Origin: the human T2T-CHM13v2.0 reference genome, Homo sapiens
Direction: 5' to 3' (one strand)
Length of the DNA stretch: 64,000 bases
Assembly: GCF_009914755.1 (NCBI RefSeq)
Contig: NC_060925.1
Every line of letters begins with the position of its first letter. Position 1 is the first letter of the stretch. The position numbers were made by a program, and so were the translations under genes. The notes beneath the pieces were generated by a model, which was not told the DNA's origin, made no database searches, and saw nothing but the letters and a program-made list of their open reading frames with translations. Of this stretch, positions 14,301-28,437 are shown piece after piece.

Positions 14301-15122
14301 TATTTCTGCCTTCATTTTGTTATTTACCCACTAGTCATTCAGGAGCAGGTTGTTCAGTTTCCATGTAGTTGTGTGGTTTTGAGTGAGTTTTTTAATCCTG
14401 AGTTCTAATTTGATTGCACTGTGGTCTGAGAGACTGTTCGTTATGATTTCCATTCTTTTGCATTTGCTGAGGAGTGTTTTACTTCCAATTATGTGGTCAA
14501 TTTTAGAATAAATGCAATGTGGTGCTGAGAAGAATGTATATTCTGTTGATTTGGGGTGGAGAGTTCTGTAGATGTCTATTAGGTCTCCTTGGTCCAGAGC
14601 TGAGTTCAAGTCCTGACTGTCCTTGTTAATTTTCTGTCTTGTTGATCTGTCTAATATTGACAGTGGGATGTTAAAGTATCCCATTATTATTGTGTGGGAG
14701 TCTAAGTCTCTTGGTAGGTCTCTAAGGACTTGCTTTATGAATCTGGGTGCTCCTGTATTGGGTGCATATATATTTAGGATATTTATCTCTTCTTGGTGCA
14801 TTGATCCCTTTACCATTATGTAATGCCCTTCTTTGTCTCCTTTGATCTTTGTTGGTTCAAAGTCTGTTTTTATCAGAGACTAGGATTACAATCTCTGCTT
14901 TTTTTTTTTTTTTTTTTGCTTTCCATTTGCTTGGTAAATATTCCTCCATCCCTTTATTTTGAGCCTATGTTTGTCTTTGCACGTGAGATGGATCTCCTGA
15001 ATACAGCACACCAATGGGTTTTGACCCTTTATTCAATTTGCCATTCTGTGTCTTTTAATTGGGGCATTTAGCCCATTTACATTTAAGGTTAATATTATTA
15101 TGTGTGAATTTGATCCTGTCAT
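11330..15122 (-). pseudogene. L1 ORF2 (EN/RT) remnant, disrupted
   Basis: Fragments 14331-14816 (EN, SDHSAIKL), 12716-13408 (RT, QGCPLSP, FADD), 12173-12697 and 11350-11544 lie in different frames. Confidence 0.9.
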
Positions 15123-15185
15123 TAGGATGCTATCTGGTTATTTTGCCCATTAGTTGATGCAGTTTCTTCACAGTGTCAATGGTCT

Positions 15186-16164
15186 TTACAATTTGGTATG
15201 TTTTTGCAGTGGCTGGGACCAGATTTTCCTTTCCATATCTAGTGCTTCCTTCAGGAGTTCTTGTAAGGCAGGCCTGGTGGTGACAAAATCTCTCAGCATT
15301 TGCTTGTCTGTATAGGATTTTATTTTTCCTTCACTTATGAAGCTTAGTTTGGCTGGATATGATATTCTGTGTTGAAAATTCTTTTCTTTAAGAATGTTGA
15401 ATATTGGCCCCCACTCTTTTCTGGCTTGAAGAGTTTCTGCAGAGAGATCTGCTATTAGTCTGATGGGCTTCCCTTTGTGGGTAACCCAACCTTTCTCTCT
15501 GGCTGACCTTAACATTTTTTTCCTCATTTCAACCTTGGTGAATCTGACCATTATGTGTCTTGGGGTTGCTCTTCTCAAGGAGTATCTTTGTGATGTTCTC
15601 TGTATTTCCTGAATTTAAATGTGGCCTGCCTTGCTAGGTTGGGGAAGTTCTCCTGGATAATATCCTGAAGTGTGTTTTCCAACTTGGTTCCATTCTCCCC
15701 ATCACTTTCAGGTACACCAATCAAACATAGGTTTGTTCTTTTCACACAGTCCCATATTTCTTGGAAGCTGCGTCATTCTTTTTTCTCTAATCTTGTCTTC
15801 ACACTTTATTTCATTAAGTTGATCTTCAATCTCTGATATCCTTTCTTCTGCTTGATCGATTTGGCTATTGATCCTTGTGTATGCTTCACGAAGTTCTCAT
15901 GCTGTTTTTCATCTCCATCAGGTCATTTATATTCTTCTCTAAAGAGGTTATTCTAGTTAGTAATTCTTCTAACCTTTTTTCAAGGTTCTTAGCTTTCTTA
16001 GTTATTACCCACCTTCTGAAGCCTATTTTTGTCAATTCGTCAAACTCATTCTCCATCCAGTTTTGTTCCCTTGCTGGTGAGGAGTTGTGATCCTTTGGAG
16101 GAGAAGAGGCGTTCTGGTTTTTGGAATTTTCAGTCTTTTTGCGCTGGTTTTTCCTTATCTTCAT
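15186..16164 (-). pseudogene. L1 ORF1 remnant, disrupted
   Basis: Fragments 15886-16164 and 15186-15578 match the ORF1p N-terminus and the RRM/CTD. Confidence 0.9.
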
Positions 16165-18094
16165 GGAGTTATCTACCTTTGGTCTTTGATGTTGGTGACC
16201 TTCTAATGGGGTTTTGGTGTGGATGTCCTTTTTGTTGATGTTGATGCTATTCCTTTCTGTTTGTTAGTTTTCCTTCTAACAGTCAGGCCTCTCTGCTGCA
16301 GGTCTGTTGGAGTCTGCTGGAGGTCCACTCCAGACCCTGTTTGCCTGGGTATCACCAGTGGAGGCTGCAGAACAGCAAAGATTGCTGCCTGTTCCTTCCT
16401 CTAGAATTTTCATCCCAGAGGGACACATGCCTGATGCCAGCCAGAGCTCTCCTGTATGAAGTGTCTGTTGAACCCTGCTGGGAGGTGTCTCCCCATCAGG
16501 AGGCATGGGGACCAGGGACTCACTTGAGGAGGCAGTCTGTCCCTTAGCAGAGCTTGAGTGCTGTGCCGAGAGATCCACTTCTCTCTTCCAAGCCAGCAGG
16601 CAGGAACGTTTAAGTCTGCTGAAGCTGCACCCACAGCTGCCCTTTCTCCTAGGTGCTCTGTCCCAGGGAGATGGGAGTTTTGTCTATAATCCCATGACTG
16701 GGGCTGCTGCCTTTCTTTCAGAGATGCCCTGCCCAGTGAGGAAGAATCTAGAGAGGGAGTCTGGCTACATGGTTTTGCTGAGCTATGGTGGGCTCCACCC
16801 AGTTCAAACTTCCCAGCAGCTTTGCTTACACTGTGAGGGAAAACCGCTTGCTCAAGCCTTAGTAATGGTGGACGCCCCTCCCCCCACCAAGCTTGAGCAC
16901 CCAAGTCGACTTCAGACTGCTGTGCTGGCAGTGACAATTTCAAGCCAGTGGATCTGAGCTTGCTGGACTCCATGAGTGTGGGATCCACTGAGCTAGACCA
17001 CTTGGCTCCCTGGCTTCAGCCCCCTTTCTAGGGGAGGAAACGGTTCTGTCTCACTGGCACTCCAGGCACCACTGGAGTATGAAAAAAAACTCCTGCAGCT
17101 AGCTTGGTGTCTGCCCAAATGGCTGCCCAGTTTTGTGCTTGAAACCCAGGGCCCTCGTGGTGTAGTCACCCGAGGGAATCTCCTGGTCTGCGGGTTGCGA
17201 AGATCATGGGAAAAACACAGTATCTGGGCTGGAGTGCACCGTTCCTCAGGGCACAGTCTCTCACAGCTTCCCTTGGATAGGGGAGGGAGTTCCCTGACAC
17301 CTTGCGCTTCCTGGGTGAAGTGACGCCCCACCCTGCTTCGTCTTGCCCTCCGAACCAGTCCCAATCTGATGAGCTGGGTACCTCAGTTGGAAATGCAGAA
17401 ATCACCCAGCTTCTGTGTTGATCTCGCTGGGAGCTGCAGACTGGAGCTCTTCCTGTTTGGCCTTCTTGCCAGCCACCTGCACCTTGACAAGATATTTTAA
17501 ACAGCAAGAGTATGTTTTTTCTTGTCTAAGAGAACACACATGTACACAGAGCACAAAGAACATACACACACACACATGCAGATGGACGACTTTCTAAAGC
17601 ACCCAAACTTGGGATTGTCATCATAATTAAGAAGGGGACATGTTCAGGGTGAGGAAGCACACGGGAGCCATTCATGTGCAGTGTGTCATGCAAGACGGAT
17701 TCCTCCCTGACCTGTTTTTAAAAATCTGTTCCAACGAGCCCAGCAGGAGCAGGGGGCAGGCCCAGCTGCCCGCAAGTCAGGGCAACCAATGCCATGTGCT
17801 TGCATTGGAAGAAATAAAGCAAACCCAAGAACCCAGCCATCACTTGCTGTGGTCCAACTCTGTGGTAGCTGCTCATGAACATTTAATGGTGATTAGTTTT
17901 TTCTGCCTGCAACCTCTGATAGGAAAACTGTTGGCAGAGCTACAAACAATAGCTAAAAAAGACTACACCTCTAGAGAGAACAGCCTGGCCACTGAAGGGG
18001 TTTCTTCTCTCTGTCCTTCTGATTACCCCTGTATTTTCCATCTGACAGTGTTGGATACAATGTGCCTTTTCTGTTCCTGCTCATTCTAGGACAG

Positions 18095-18475
18095 TGTGTT
18101 AGTCTGTTTTCACACTGCTATAAAGAACTACCTGAGACTGGGTAACTTATGAAGAAAAGAGGTTTAATTGATTCACAATTCCACAGGCTGTACAGGAACT
18201 ATGGTTGGGGAGACCTCAGGAAACTTACAATCATAGTAGAAGGGCGAAGGGGAATAAAGCACCTTCTTCACAGCATGACAGGTGAGAGAGAAGGGGGAAC
18301 TGCCACACACTTTTAAGCCATCAGCTCTCCTGAGAACTCACTCACTATCATGAGAACAGCAAGGGGGAAATCTACCGCCATGATCCAATCACCTCCCGCC
18401 AGGCCCCTCCACCAGCACTGGAGATGACAATTTGACATGAGATTTGGGTGGGGACACAAGAGCCAAACCATATCA
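18095..18475 (-). mobile_element. MaLR solo LTR (THE1/MSTA-like)
   Basis: TG...CA termini; 5-bp TSD GACAG at 18090-18094 and 18476-18480. Confidence 0.92.
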
Positions 18476-18795
18476 GACAGGTAGTAAATCAAATACCGTC
18501 TTCCCATTTGTTTCTTCTGCCAGGTGATGTTTTTGCCTTTAGTATTGCTTGAAGACAGATGGGGTTCCTGGAGAGCCAGTGCCCAGCTGGTGGTCAGGAA
18601 ACGGGGCCCAGAGAATGTGGGCCAAAGGGTAGAAGCCCCGGGCTGGAGAAAGGCTGTGGGTGACACTGTGCCCAAACAGGAGAAGGCCCTCAGAAAAATT
18701 CTGTTGGAAATCCAATGCTTCAAAGGGCTAGAGGAGCACAAGGGAATCCTTTCATCACAGAAGGCTATCAATCTTATAGATTTTTTTTTAAAAAA

Positions 18796-19110
18796 GGCCA
18801 GGTGTGGTGGCTCACATCTGTAATCCCAGCACTTTGGGAGGCCAGAGTGGATGGATTGCTTGAGGGCAGGAATTTGAGACCTGCCTGAGCAACATGGCAA
18901 AACCCCATTTCTACAAAAAATAAAAAAATTAGCCGGGTGTGGTGGTGTGTGCCTGTAGTCCTGGCTACTCCAGAGGCTGAGGTAGAAGGATCCCTTGAGC
19001 CCAGGAGGTCAAGAATGCAGTGAGCTGTGATCACACCACTGCACTCCAGCCTGGGCAACAGGAGACCTTGTCTCAAAATTCATTAATTAATATATGAAAA
19101 GAAAAAAAAA
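18796..19110 (+). mobile_element. AluJ-type SINE
   Basis: Dimer with 'cttgagcccaggagg' right-arm features and a degenerate A tail. Confidence 0.93.
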
Positions 19111-19959
19111 AGTTGAGGGAGACCCCAGAAGGAGGAAGACAGTTGACTTTTATTTGTTTTAAAAATTAAAAACAAAGAATGCAAAATATTGGCTTTAAAA
19201 AGTCTGGTTTCATTTATGGCTGGTTAAAGAAGTAGCTGTGAGGAAAAGAAAATAGACGTTAAGATGTTGAGAAAATGTGATGGCTTACGAAGGATGAGCT
19301 CAGTTGGGGCACACATTGGGCAATCCCATGAGTCCCAGACACATTTTTACCTTCGGGACCTTGAAGAAGGCAAGTGCAGCACCTGCATGAAACAGAAGGA
19401 ATCTTTGTAAGCGTTGGTGTTTTCAGAGCAGTGCAAAAGAAAGAAGAGCCTGGCTCAAGATAGAGGCCTGGGAGCCTGCAGTCAACAGGTCAGAAGGAAA
19501 AGCACCTGAGTGAAGGCTAAGATGGAATGGAGAAAACCAGTGTAGCCCAGGGCCAAGGCTGGAAAGGTTACTATGCGAGGGTGGCCTCTGAAGTCCAGTG
19601 GGAGCACTCCCTGCCCCAGGCCCACCCTCGCCCCATGCACCCACACATTCACGCCCTCTTTACCTCCATGGTCTTGGTCCCCAGAGGTCCAGCCTCCTTA
19701 TGCCTTTATCCCTCTTTACCTCTGTCCCCATGACAGGCCCCAAACTTAGAGACCATTCCTCATCTTCTGTCCCCTTATGCACATTCTATTCAGAATGTCA
19801 CATTTTCCAGCCCCATCTCCTCTGCTCCCCCGCTTCTCTTGAAACTTCTGTGCTCTCTGGAACTCACTGCCAGTCATCAGCAAAATCCCCATCTCTGCCA
19901 CTGCTTCCCTGAATGTTCCCTTTCCCTTGCTGAAACTTGCTCTGCTGAGGAAAAGCAAT

Positions 19960-21035
19960 GGCTTGTTCAGTGGCTCAGTATGCTAGTGACTGTCTTCACT
20001 CTCCATCCCCAAATCTAATAATCCCTTTCTCCTTTTGCTGTTCCTTAAGCCCCTCATCTTCTCCTTTCCCAGCCTAAAGTCCATGGTCAGTCATAATTAC
20101 TCCCCAATCTACATCTCAAGCTTGGAATTGTCTCCTGAGCTAGAACCAGGTATCCAATTGCCTACTTGACATCTCCACTTGGACATCTGATAGGCTCTTC
20201 AGACTTCAGCATGTCCAAAGTCAAGCTCATGATCTTTCCCGTCGGCTCTTCCTGCAGTCTCCCTGGTTTTAGTAATTGCTCAGGTCAAGACACTTGATGT
20301 CATCTTTAGGTCTTTTATATCTCACAATCTGTCAACAAATCCCATTAGCTCCACCTTAAAATATATCTTGGATTTGACCACATCTCCTACTCCACTGTCA
20401 CACATTGGTCCAGGCTACCAAAATCTCTTGCCTGGATTCCATAGTAGCCTCCTGCTCTTTTATGCTATTCCCACAGCAGCCAGCCACCCGCTAAACTAAG
20501 ACATGCCATGTTTCCCCACAGCTCAAAACACACCCATGACTTCCCACATCACTCAGAGGAAAAGCCAGGTTCTTCCTCTTCCTGCAAGGACCTACCTGGT
20601 CTGATTTCCAGCCCCACCCCGCTCTGGGCTCACCTCCAGCTCTTTTCCCCTGCACTCCGCTGCAGCCATGCTGCCCCCTGCTCTTGCTGGTGAGGTCAGG
20701 AGTGGACCGCCACCTCTGGCTTTCCACTTACTTTTCCTACTGCTGGGATCCTGTCTCCAGTCCTTCCTGTCTTAAACCTTCTGAACCTTAAACCTTTGGC
20801 TGGACCACCCAAACCCCACCCCAGACTACCTCTCTTCTCCCCTGCTCTATTGTTTCTCTTTATCACTGCTCAACATACTGTATCTGCCACACACTGTATC
20901 TTGGCTGCATTTTATCCTAGTTATTGTTTCTCCTTCCACTCTAAGAAGGCGGGGATTTTAATCTATTCTGTTTACTGCTGAGTCCCCATTGCCCTGAATA
21001 GTGCCTGGCACACAGTTGTTGAATAAATGAATGGA
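19960..21035 (+). mobile_element. L2 LINE 3' portion, degenerate
   Basis: 'ccaattgcctacttgacatctccacttgg' and the 3' end 'gtgcctggcacacag...ttgttgaataaatgaatg'. Confidence 0.75.
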
Positions 21036-21440
21036 TACCTGAGGCTCTGGGAGGGTCATTGGTGAAAGTGCAGAAGAGGATGGTGGAGGGGTCATGTAAA
21101 TGTGACAGGACTGGGCTTCAGAGGGAGTGGGGACACGGAGGAGAGCCAGGAAACCTGGCTGTTTGAGACCAGGACCAACTTTCTGGTTATCATTATATCC
21201 CCAGCACTTGGCACACAACCGGGCCCCCAGCAGTCACTTGGAAATAACTATTGAATAGATGAATGTGTTTTCTTCAGATTGGAGATACCTGAACAAGGAT
21301 GAAGGCAAAATTAATCACTGCTGTTGATTTCATAACCCTCCTATAACCTGAGGTTACACAGAAGTTTATCACCTGGGTGTCCCCTTGCTATGTCACCTTA
21401 TTATTTACTATTTACTCCTGTATAAACTTAATTCATGTCT

Positions 21441-21668
21441 GCTGGGCACAGTGGCTCATGCTTGTAATCCTAGCACTTTGGAAGACGGAGGCAGGAGGAT
21501 CACTTGAGGCCAGGAGTTCGAGACCAGCCTGGGAAATATAGTGAGACCCTCCCATCTCTACAAAAAATTTAAAAATGAGTTGCCCCTGGGGGTGCATGAC
21601 TGTAGTTCCAGCTACTCAGGAGGCTGCGGCTGAAGGGTGGCTTGAACCCAGGAGTTTGAGGCTGCAGG
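21441..21668 (+). mobile_element. AluJ, 3'-truncated
   Basis: Left arm plus partial right arm ending at gaggctgcag; no tail. Confidence 0.85.
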
Positions 21669-22117
21669 GAGTTCCAGCTCAACCACTCCCAAACCTCAGT
21701 AAATACCTGAGGCCTAAGTTCTCTGAGCTACCTCTCTCACTAAGTTCTCAGGCCTGCTAACTCTGTGCCTGACACATGTTGGAATGGTCTTGGTGCTGTT
21801 CTCATCCTGCGGAGACCACTGTACCCTATCAGTACAGAGTGGCATGCACAGCAGGCTCATCCTGAAGTTAGGGGTTTCATCACAGTACAAGACGTCAACA
21901 CATTTAAGTGGAAAATTCGGTATCCTTCTTCCTAAAAGTCCCTTGGCCACCCCTCCTCTACCCCCCAGGATTTTGCACTGCCCACTTCTCTCCTCAGGCC
22001 ACACATAGACAGAGGCCTGGCCCACAGCTATAGCTCTCCTCTTTGGGTCTGGTGAGAAGTTCCCTGGGATGCCTTTACCTGCAATGTCATTAAGTAAAGA
22101 CATTGAATTAAAGGAGA

Positions 22118-22189
22118 TGAAATAAAAAAACAGCTTTTGGAGACCTGGTCTTAATGTCCAGGTCTCGGAAAGCTGTTTTTTTTATTTCA
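22118..22189. repeat. Near-perfect inverted repeat (31-bp stem, 9-nt loop)
   Basis: Arms tgaaat-A7-cagcttttggagacctgg (22118-22148) and ccaggtctcggaaagctg-T8-atttca (22158-22189). Confidence 0.95.
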
Positions 22190-22729
22190 ATTAACCAAGT
22201 GTGATTTGAATTGTGACAACATGGTTTAGGATTATCTCAATTAAACGTTTTATGAACACAATTTCCAGTTTAAGTCATTAGAAAATTGCTTCCTTCTCAA
22301 CCCAGATGTGTGGTGGGAAACTGAGAAGAACAACCAAAATGGGCCTCACCTTACCCATCAGGTAATAATCCAGACCACAAGCCTCACTCATCCCCAGCTC
22401 AATCTGCCACTGCAGATTTAGGAGAGAAAATAAGAGCTGGCTGGGCACTGGACTGGGGGCTCCGGCTATTTGCACTTACTAGGCAATGGGGTGCGGGAAG
22501 AAATTAAGGCCACAAGAAAATCTGCCTCACACCTCACCTCCGTCATGCTCTTTCTAGGAATCAAGTTGCACATACCCATTGCCCCTAAGATCAGGCTTAG
22601 GTTAGTAGAACTAGCTAGAACTAGTGGGCTCGTCAGCCTGCCTCCAGGGAATCCCTAGCCCAGGAAATAGCCTGTGCATGAGGCTGTTGCTTGCACATCA
22701 ACAGCCATTCTCCACTAGAACACCTAAGG

Positions 22730-22922
22730 CAGTGGTTCTCAGAGTGTGGTCCCTAGACCAACAAGGTTGGCATTAGCAGCACCTGGGAACTTGTTAGATA
22801 TGTAAATTCTCAAATCCTACCCTAGACCTACTGAATCAGAAACTCTAGGAATGGGGCTCGGAATCTGTGCTTGAAGAAGCCCTACAGGGATGCTGATGCA
22901 TGCTCAAATTTGAGAACCACAG
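22730..22922. mobile_element. MER5A hAT-Charlie MITE
   Basis: TIRs cagtggttctc ... gagaaccacag; internal 'cctactgaatcagaaactct'. Confidence 0.85.
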
Positions 22923-23411
22923 AACTGAGGATCTGTTGGGCATCCTGTATAGCTTATATACAAAGTCAGGCCTGCATATACTGTATGGTGAAATCTGTTC
23001 AATCATTTTCACATGATGGAAGAACAATTCAAAAATGTAATTGTGCTTATATACAAAGACGAACAGAAAGGCACTGAGAAGATGCTGGATGGTACTGCTT
23101 TAAACCCCTAGGCGCTGGACCATTGCGGCAATGGTCTGTCCATGCCTTCAAGGGTGAGGTGTTGGCAAGGTTAGCCCTCCAACACCCAGCAAAGGACATG
23201 CAAGTAAATAAATAAGGGCCCTGAACATAAAATGAGCTTTTGCAAAGCTCCAGGGTTTTTTCTTAGAATCTATTTACTTTTAGTTGTACTTTATAGAAGC
23301 TGAGGAGTTGATGCCTCAGACCCCAGAAGTCTCTCTGCCTGATTCTATGCTAATATCACTTTGTCTCACAACCCTATGGGTAGGTGCAGGTATTTCTTCT
23401 CCATTTTATAA

Positions 23412-24069
<658 letters not shown>

Positions 24070-26559
24070 TAGATGTTAATTAAGTTTATACAGGTAGTTA
24101 GTGGCAGAGCTGGAATTCACTCCAGGTGTGTCAAAGTCCCAAACTCCTGCTCTAGCCTGTTATACTCCACCTCTCTCTGATGAGAAGAGGTAAGTAGGAT
24201 TTACAGATAAGCACACGAGAAGCAGGGGAAGATGCTAAGGCAAAGAAGGGGCCTGAACACCACCATCAAAGCATCTTAGGCACCTCAGTAGCCCTGGAAG
24301 CCTAGGCGGTAACTGGTAACAATAATTCATTTTCACAAAGAAAAAGTTATGTTTACTTAACATCAAAAGATACGGAAGTATGCAATTGTTTTAGAAAGGC
24401 TAAAATGTAACATGGTCACACAGAATGCTTTAAAAGAAAAATACAGTTATTTGGAAGATTCACTTTTATGGAAAACAACTCATTAACTGATGGTGTTAGA
24501 TAAATGAGGTATTATTGCAATACACTTTTACTGAAGTGCGTGGTGAGTTTTTTGAAGATTGGGTTTTGTGTTAAATTCTGGACAGCTGAATAGTGTAGCC
24601 ATTCTTGTATTCCACCCCATGAACCCAAGAGAGGACGAGGCAGCTCAAAGCATTTCTTCTGCAATTTGAGCAGTCAGCATCCTCCCAGGAACGCACTTTA
24701 AACTAGGAAGTTTATCCAGGGCCAAGCAAATGTAAGCACCGTGTTATTTACTATTACTGTGTTAAAAACATCTTCAGCAAATTTACCAATCTTATCTTCC
24801 TGAAAAAAGGATATAATTTTTTCCCTGGTAATAAAGGAACAACTTATGAAAAATATTGCTCTATAATACACAGAATGATGTAGTGATAGGCAACATTCAA
24901 ACTGGTAATTAATTAGTATTTGGTCTCTTGCTATTTGGAACATGTTTATTAGTTTTGCCCCGGCAAAGTGGGCTGAGGTGTTCCATATGAAACCCTAGAG
25001 AAGTCAGCAGCATTCCTATTCTGAGGCAGGAAGAAACATTAATTATTCCTTTGAATTCTATTGTGTAATGTGTTTTTTTTTCTTCCCTTCTCCAAACATA
25101 ACAGAATTATTTCCTTATAAAACTTCTACTAGGCCAGACAGTGTTAATGGAACATAATTTTTAATATGCTGTGTCCTGGAATCTGACAGATATTGGCAGA
25201 GTGGGTGCCCCTGTTTTAAAAAGCTGAACGTGGCTGACAGTAGTATCCCTTCTTCCTCACATCTATTGTAGTCGGTGCAAGGTTAGACAAATACATTCCC
25301 ACCAGCACAAAACAGCAACCTTCCAAAATGTATGTCAGTGGTGTATTTACAGCCAAATCCAGAAGGAGCTTGTACTTCTTATGCTGCTCCCATTAATGAG
25401 ACAAATGTCAGCATCCATAAGCTATTTTTTTGTTCCTGCTTATCAAATCTTTCAAAAAATTGATAACTAGTCTTTATAGATTGTGAAAGTCAGATATAAC
25501 TCCGAATGTATTACTTTACTGGACCCCTTGGGGTAAACTTATCACCTGGAAACCATTTTACATGGACGATTTGACTTTCATGTGGAGTGTCATAATGCAC
25601 CCTAGATGGAAATCTAAAATAAAATATCTGGACTACAACCTTCCTCTTGGTGGAATTTATGATTCCCTCAGTACAATAATTTTGAAAATTGTATCCCTTA
25701 AGCTACAAGACTTGATATATTATTAACTGCTTGAATTGAAGAAGCTTTCCAATAGGCTTACGTGCTGTCTAGAGGCACGGATTAATTTCTATGGAACCAC
25801 AAGCTTATCTCAAACTGTTTTTCAGCAATCTAAACTGCCGGCTTCATCTTCTTTCTAGGACAGAACCGAGTGTCCATTTCATCTCTGGCAGCTCTGGGAT
25901 GTGCTGCTTTTAGCCAAGCTCTTCCCAGGGATGATAGGTATTGATCCACTAGAGAACTGGTTGTGTGCAGTCAGTCACACCCCAGAGAGACTGGCATCAA
26001 CTTGAGGCACTTATCTTTCTATTTCTTATGGCTTTTCTAGTTTTAATTCTACTCTGGCCAAACTGAGCTGTTGTACAGAGAATGCGGGTAGGAGGAAGTC
26101 TGGAGGGCATTGTTTTCATGAAGTTAGAGAAGAGCTTAAAAAAAAATCTTTAAGAAGCTTGTGTGCTGCCAGAGGGGAACTGTGTTCAACTACCTTTTAC
26201 TGCTTTTCACAACCTCTCTTCCCTCATCACAGATCTGGTGCCTTGAAAGCCAGCAATGATCAAACATAAAGAACCTTCAGACTATCCAAAGGCAGAAAGG
26301 GCTGGAAATCTTTCAGCAGGGCTCACTCTTAGAGTCTTTCCCCCTGCCCCCTTGGCAGAGTTGAGTTGGGAATACATTAATTGGGGAATATATTTAATTT
26401 TGTGTTTCACAGTCCCATCTGTGTATAGTAAAGGTAGCCATCCTGATATAGGGACAGCTTCCAGAAACACACTACCTCCTGCATCCAGGAACACAAAAGT
26501 ACATGAGAGCATGTTGTAATAGAAAACAATATGCCCAAGGCCCCAGGTACTAGGAAAAT

Positions 26560-27322
<763 letters not shown>

Positions 27323-27985
27323 GGTGGCCTAAATCACCCTTCTCTTATCCTGGGATGTTGAATGCTGGATAATGTAATCATTTTCTATGTGTATAATTTG
27401 ATCAATAACTAAGAGTAATCTTTTTAGAATTTATAGTTTCGAAATCTTTGCTAAACCTAAATCACTATAAGTCATTTTAAGAGAATATGTTGAACACATC
27501 AGCAAATTGACATTCAGATCTTTTTCCAAGTTGGCATCATAGAGTTCTCAAATGCCTCTAAAGCTTTCTATAAAACACATATTTATGGTGACTTTCTAAA
27601 TTTTCCTTTTTCCCTGCTAGCTATGTAATGATTTATTGGCCATCTTTAATTATCTTTTATAAAGAGTGTGTGTATACTAAGGACTGTATTCATCCAGTAA
27701 ATGTTAATACATAGGGTTTAAAAATGTGTTGAAAATTAATGACCTCTGACTTAGTTAATAAATAATTCAATGATAAATGTTGAATTGATATGAATAGAAT
27801 CCATTACTTCAAGGAGCACAAGATGCGGATTTTCAAAGTGAAAATCTAAAGTTATCACATAAATAATCATCATTGATGGGGAAACCTTCTCCCTGAGGGA
27901 GTTGTGGACTGACTGGCAAAGTTAAGATAGTATTCCACAATATATTATCATGCCTTCCTAGCAGCTAATAGACAACAAGCAGTTT

Positions 27986-28092
<107 letters not shown>

Positions 28093-28109
28093 CCAGCCAT
28101 CCATCCTCT

Positions 28110-28437
28110 GGCCGGACATGGCAGTTCATGTCTATAATCCCAGCACTTTGGGACCCAAGCGAGGCAGGTCGCTTGAGCCCAGGAGTTCAAGACTAGCCTG
28201 GCCAGCATGGCGAAACCATCTCTACAACAAAAAAGCAAAAATTAGCTGGGCATGTTGGTGCATGCCAGTGCTCCCAGCGACTTGGGAGGCTGAGGTGGGA
28301 GGATCACTTAAGCCCAGCGGAAGGCTGAGGCTGCAGTGAGCCACGATCATGTCAGCTGCAGTGAGCCACGATCATGTCACTCCACTTCAGCCTGGGTGAC
28401 AGAGTGAGACCCTGCCTCAAAAAAAAAAAAAAAAAAA
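28110..28437 (+). mobile_element. AluJ with an internal 25-bp tandem duplication
   Basis: gctgcagtgagccacgatcatgtca occurs at 28330-28354 and 28355-28379. Confidence 0.93.

Larger units (their letters stand above)
11096..17484 (-). mobile_element. Full-length, decayed LINE-1 (L1PA7/L1PA8-like)
   Basis: ~1.3-kb 5' UTR starting ggtggctggcaag on the minus strand; ORF1 and ORF2 fragments; 3' UTR; TSD tgacaagatatttt at 17485-17498 with an AT-expanded left copy at 11070-11095. Confidence 0.95.

Noticed and set aside
16276-17507. Overlapping 100-190-aa ORFs
   Set aside because: These are chance ORFs in the GC-rich L1 5' UTR
17640-18089. 149-aa ORF in unique sequence
   Set aside because: No domain similarity or exon context; the length is compatible with chance
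18313-19076. Alu- and THE1-derived ORFs, here and throughout the window
   Set aside because: These are standard spurious translations of repeats
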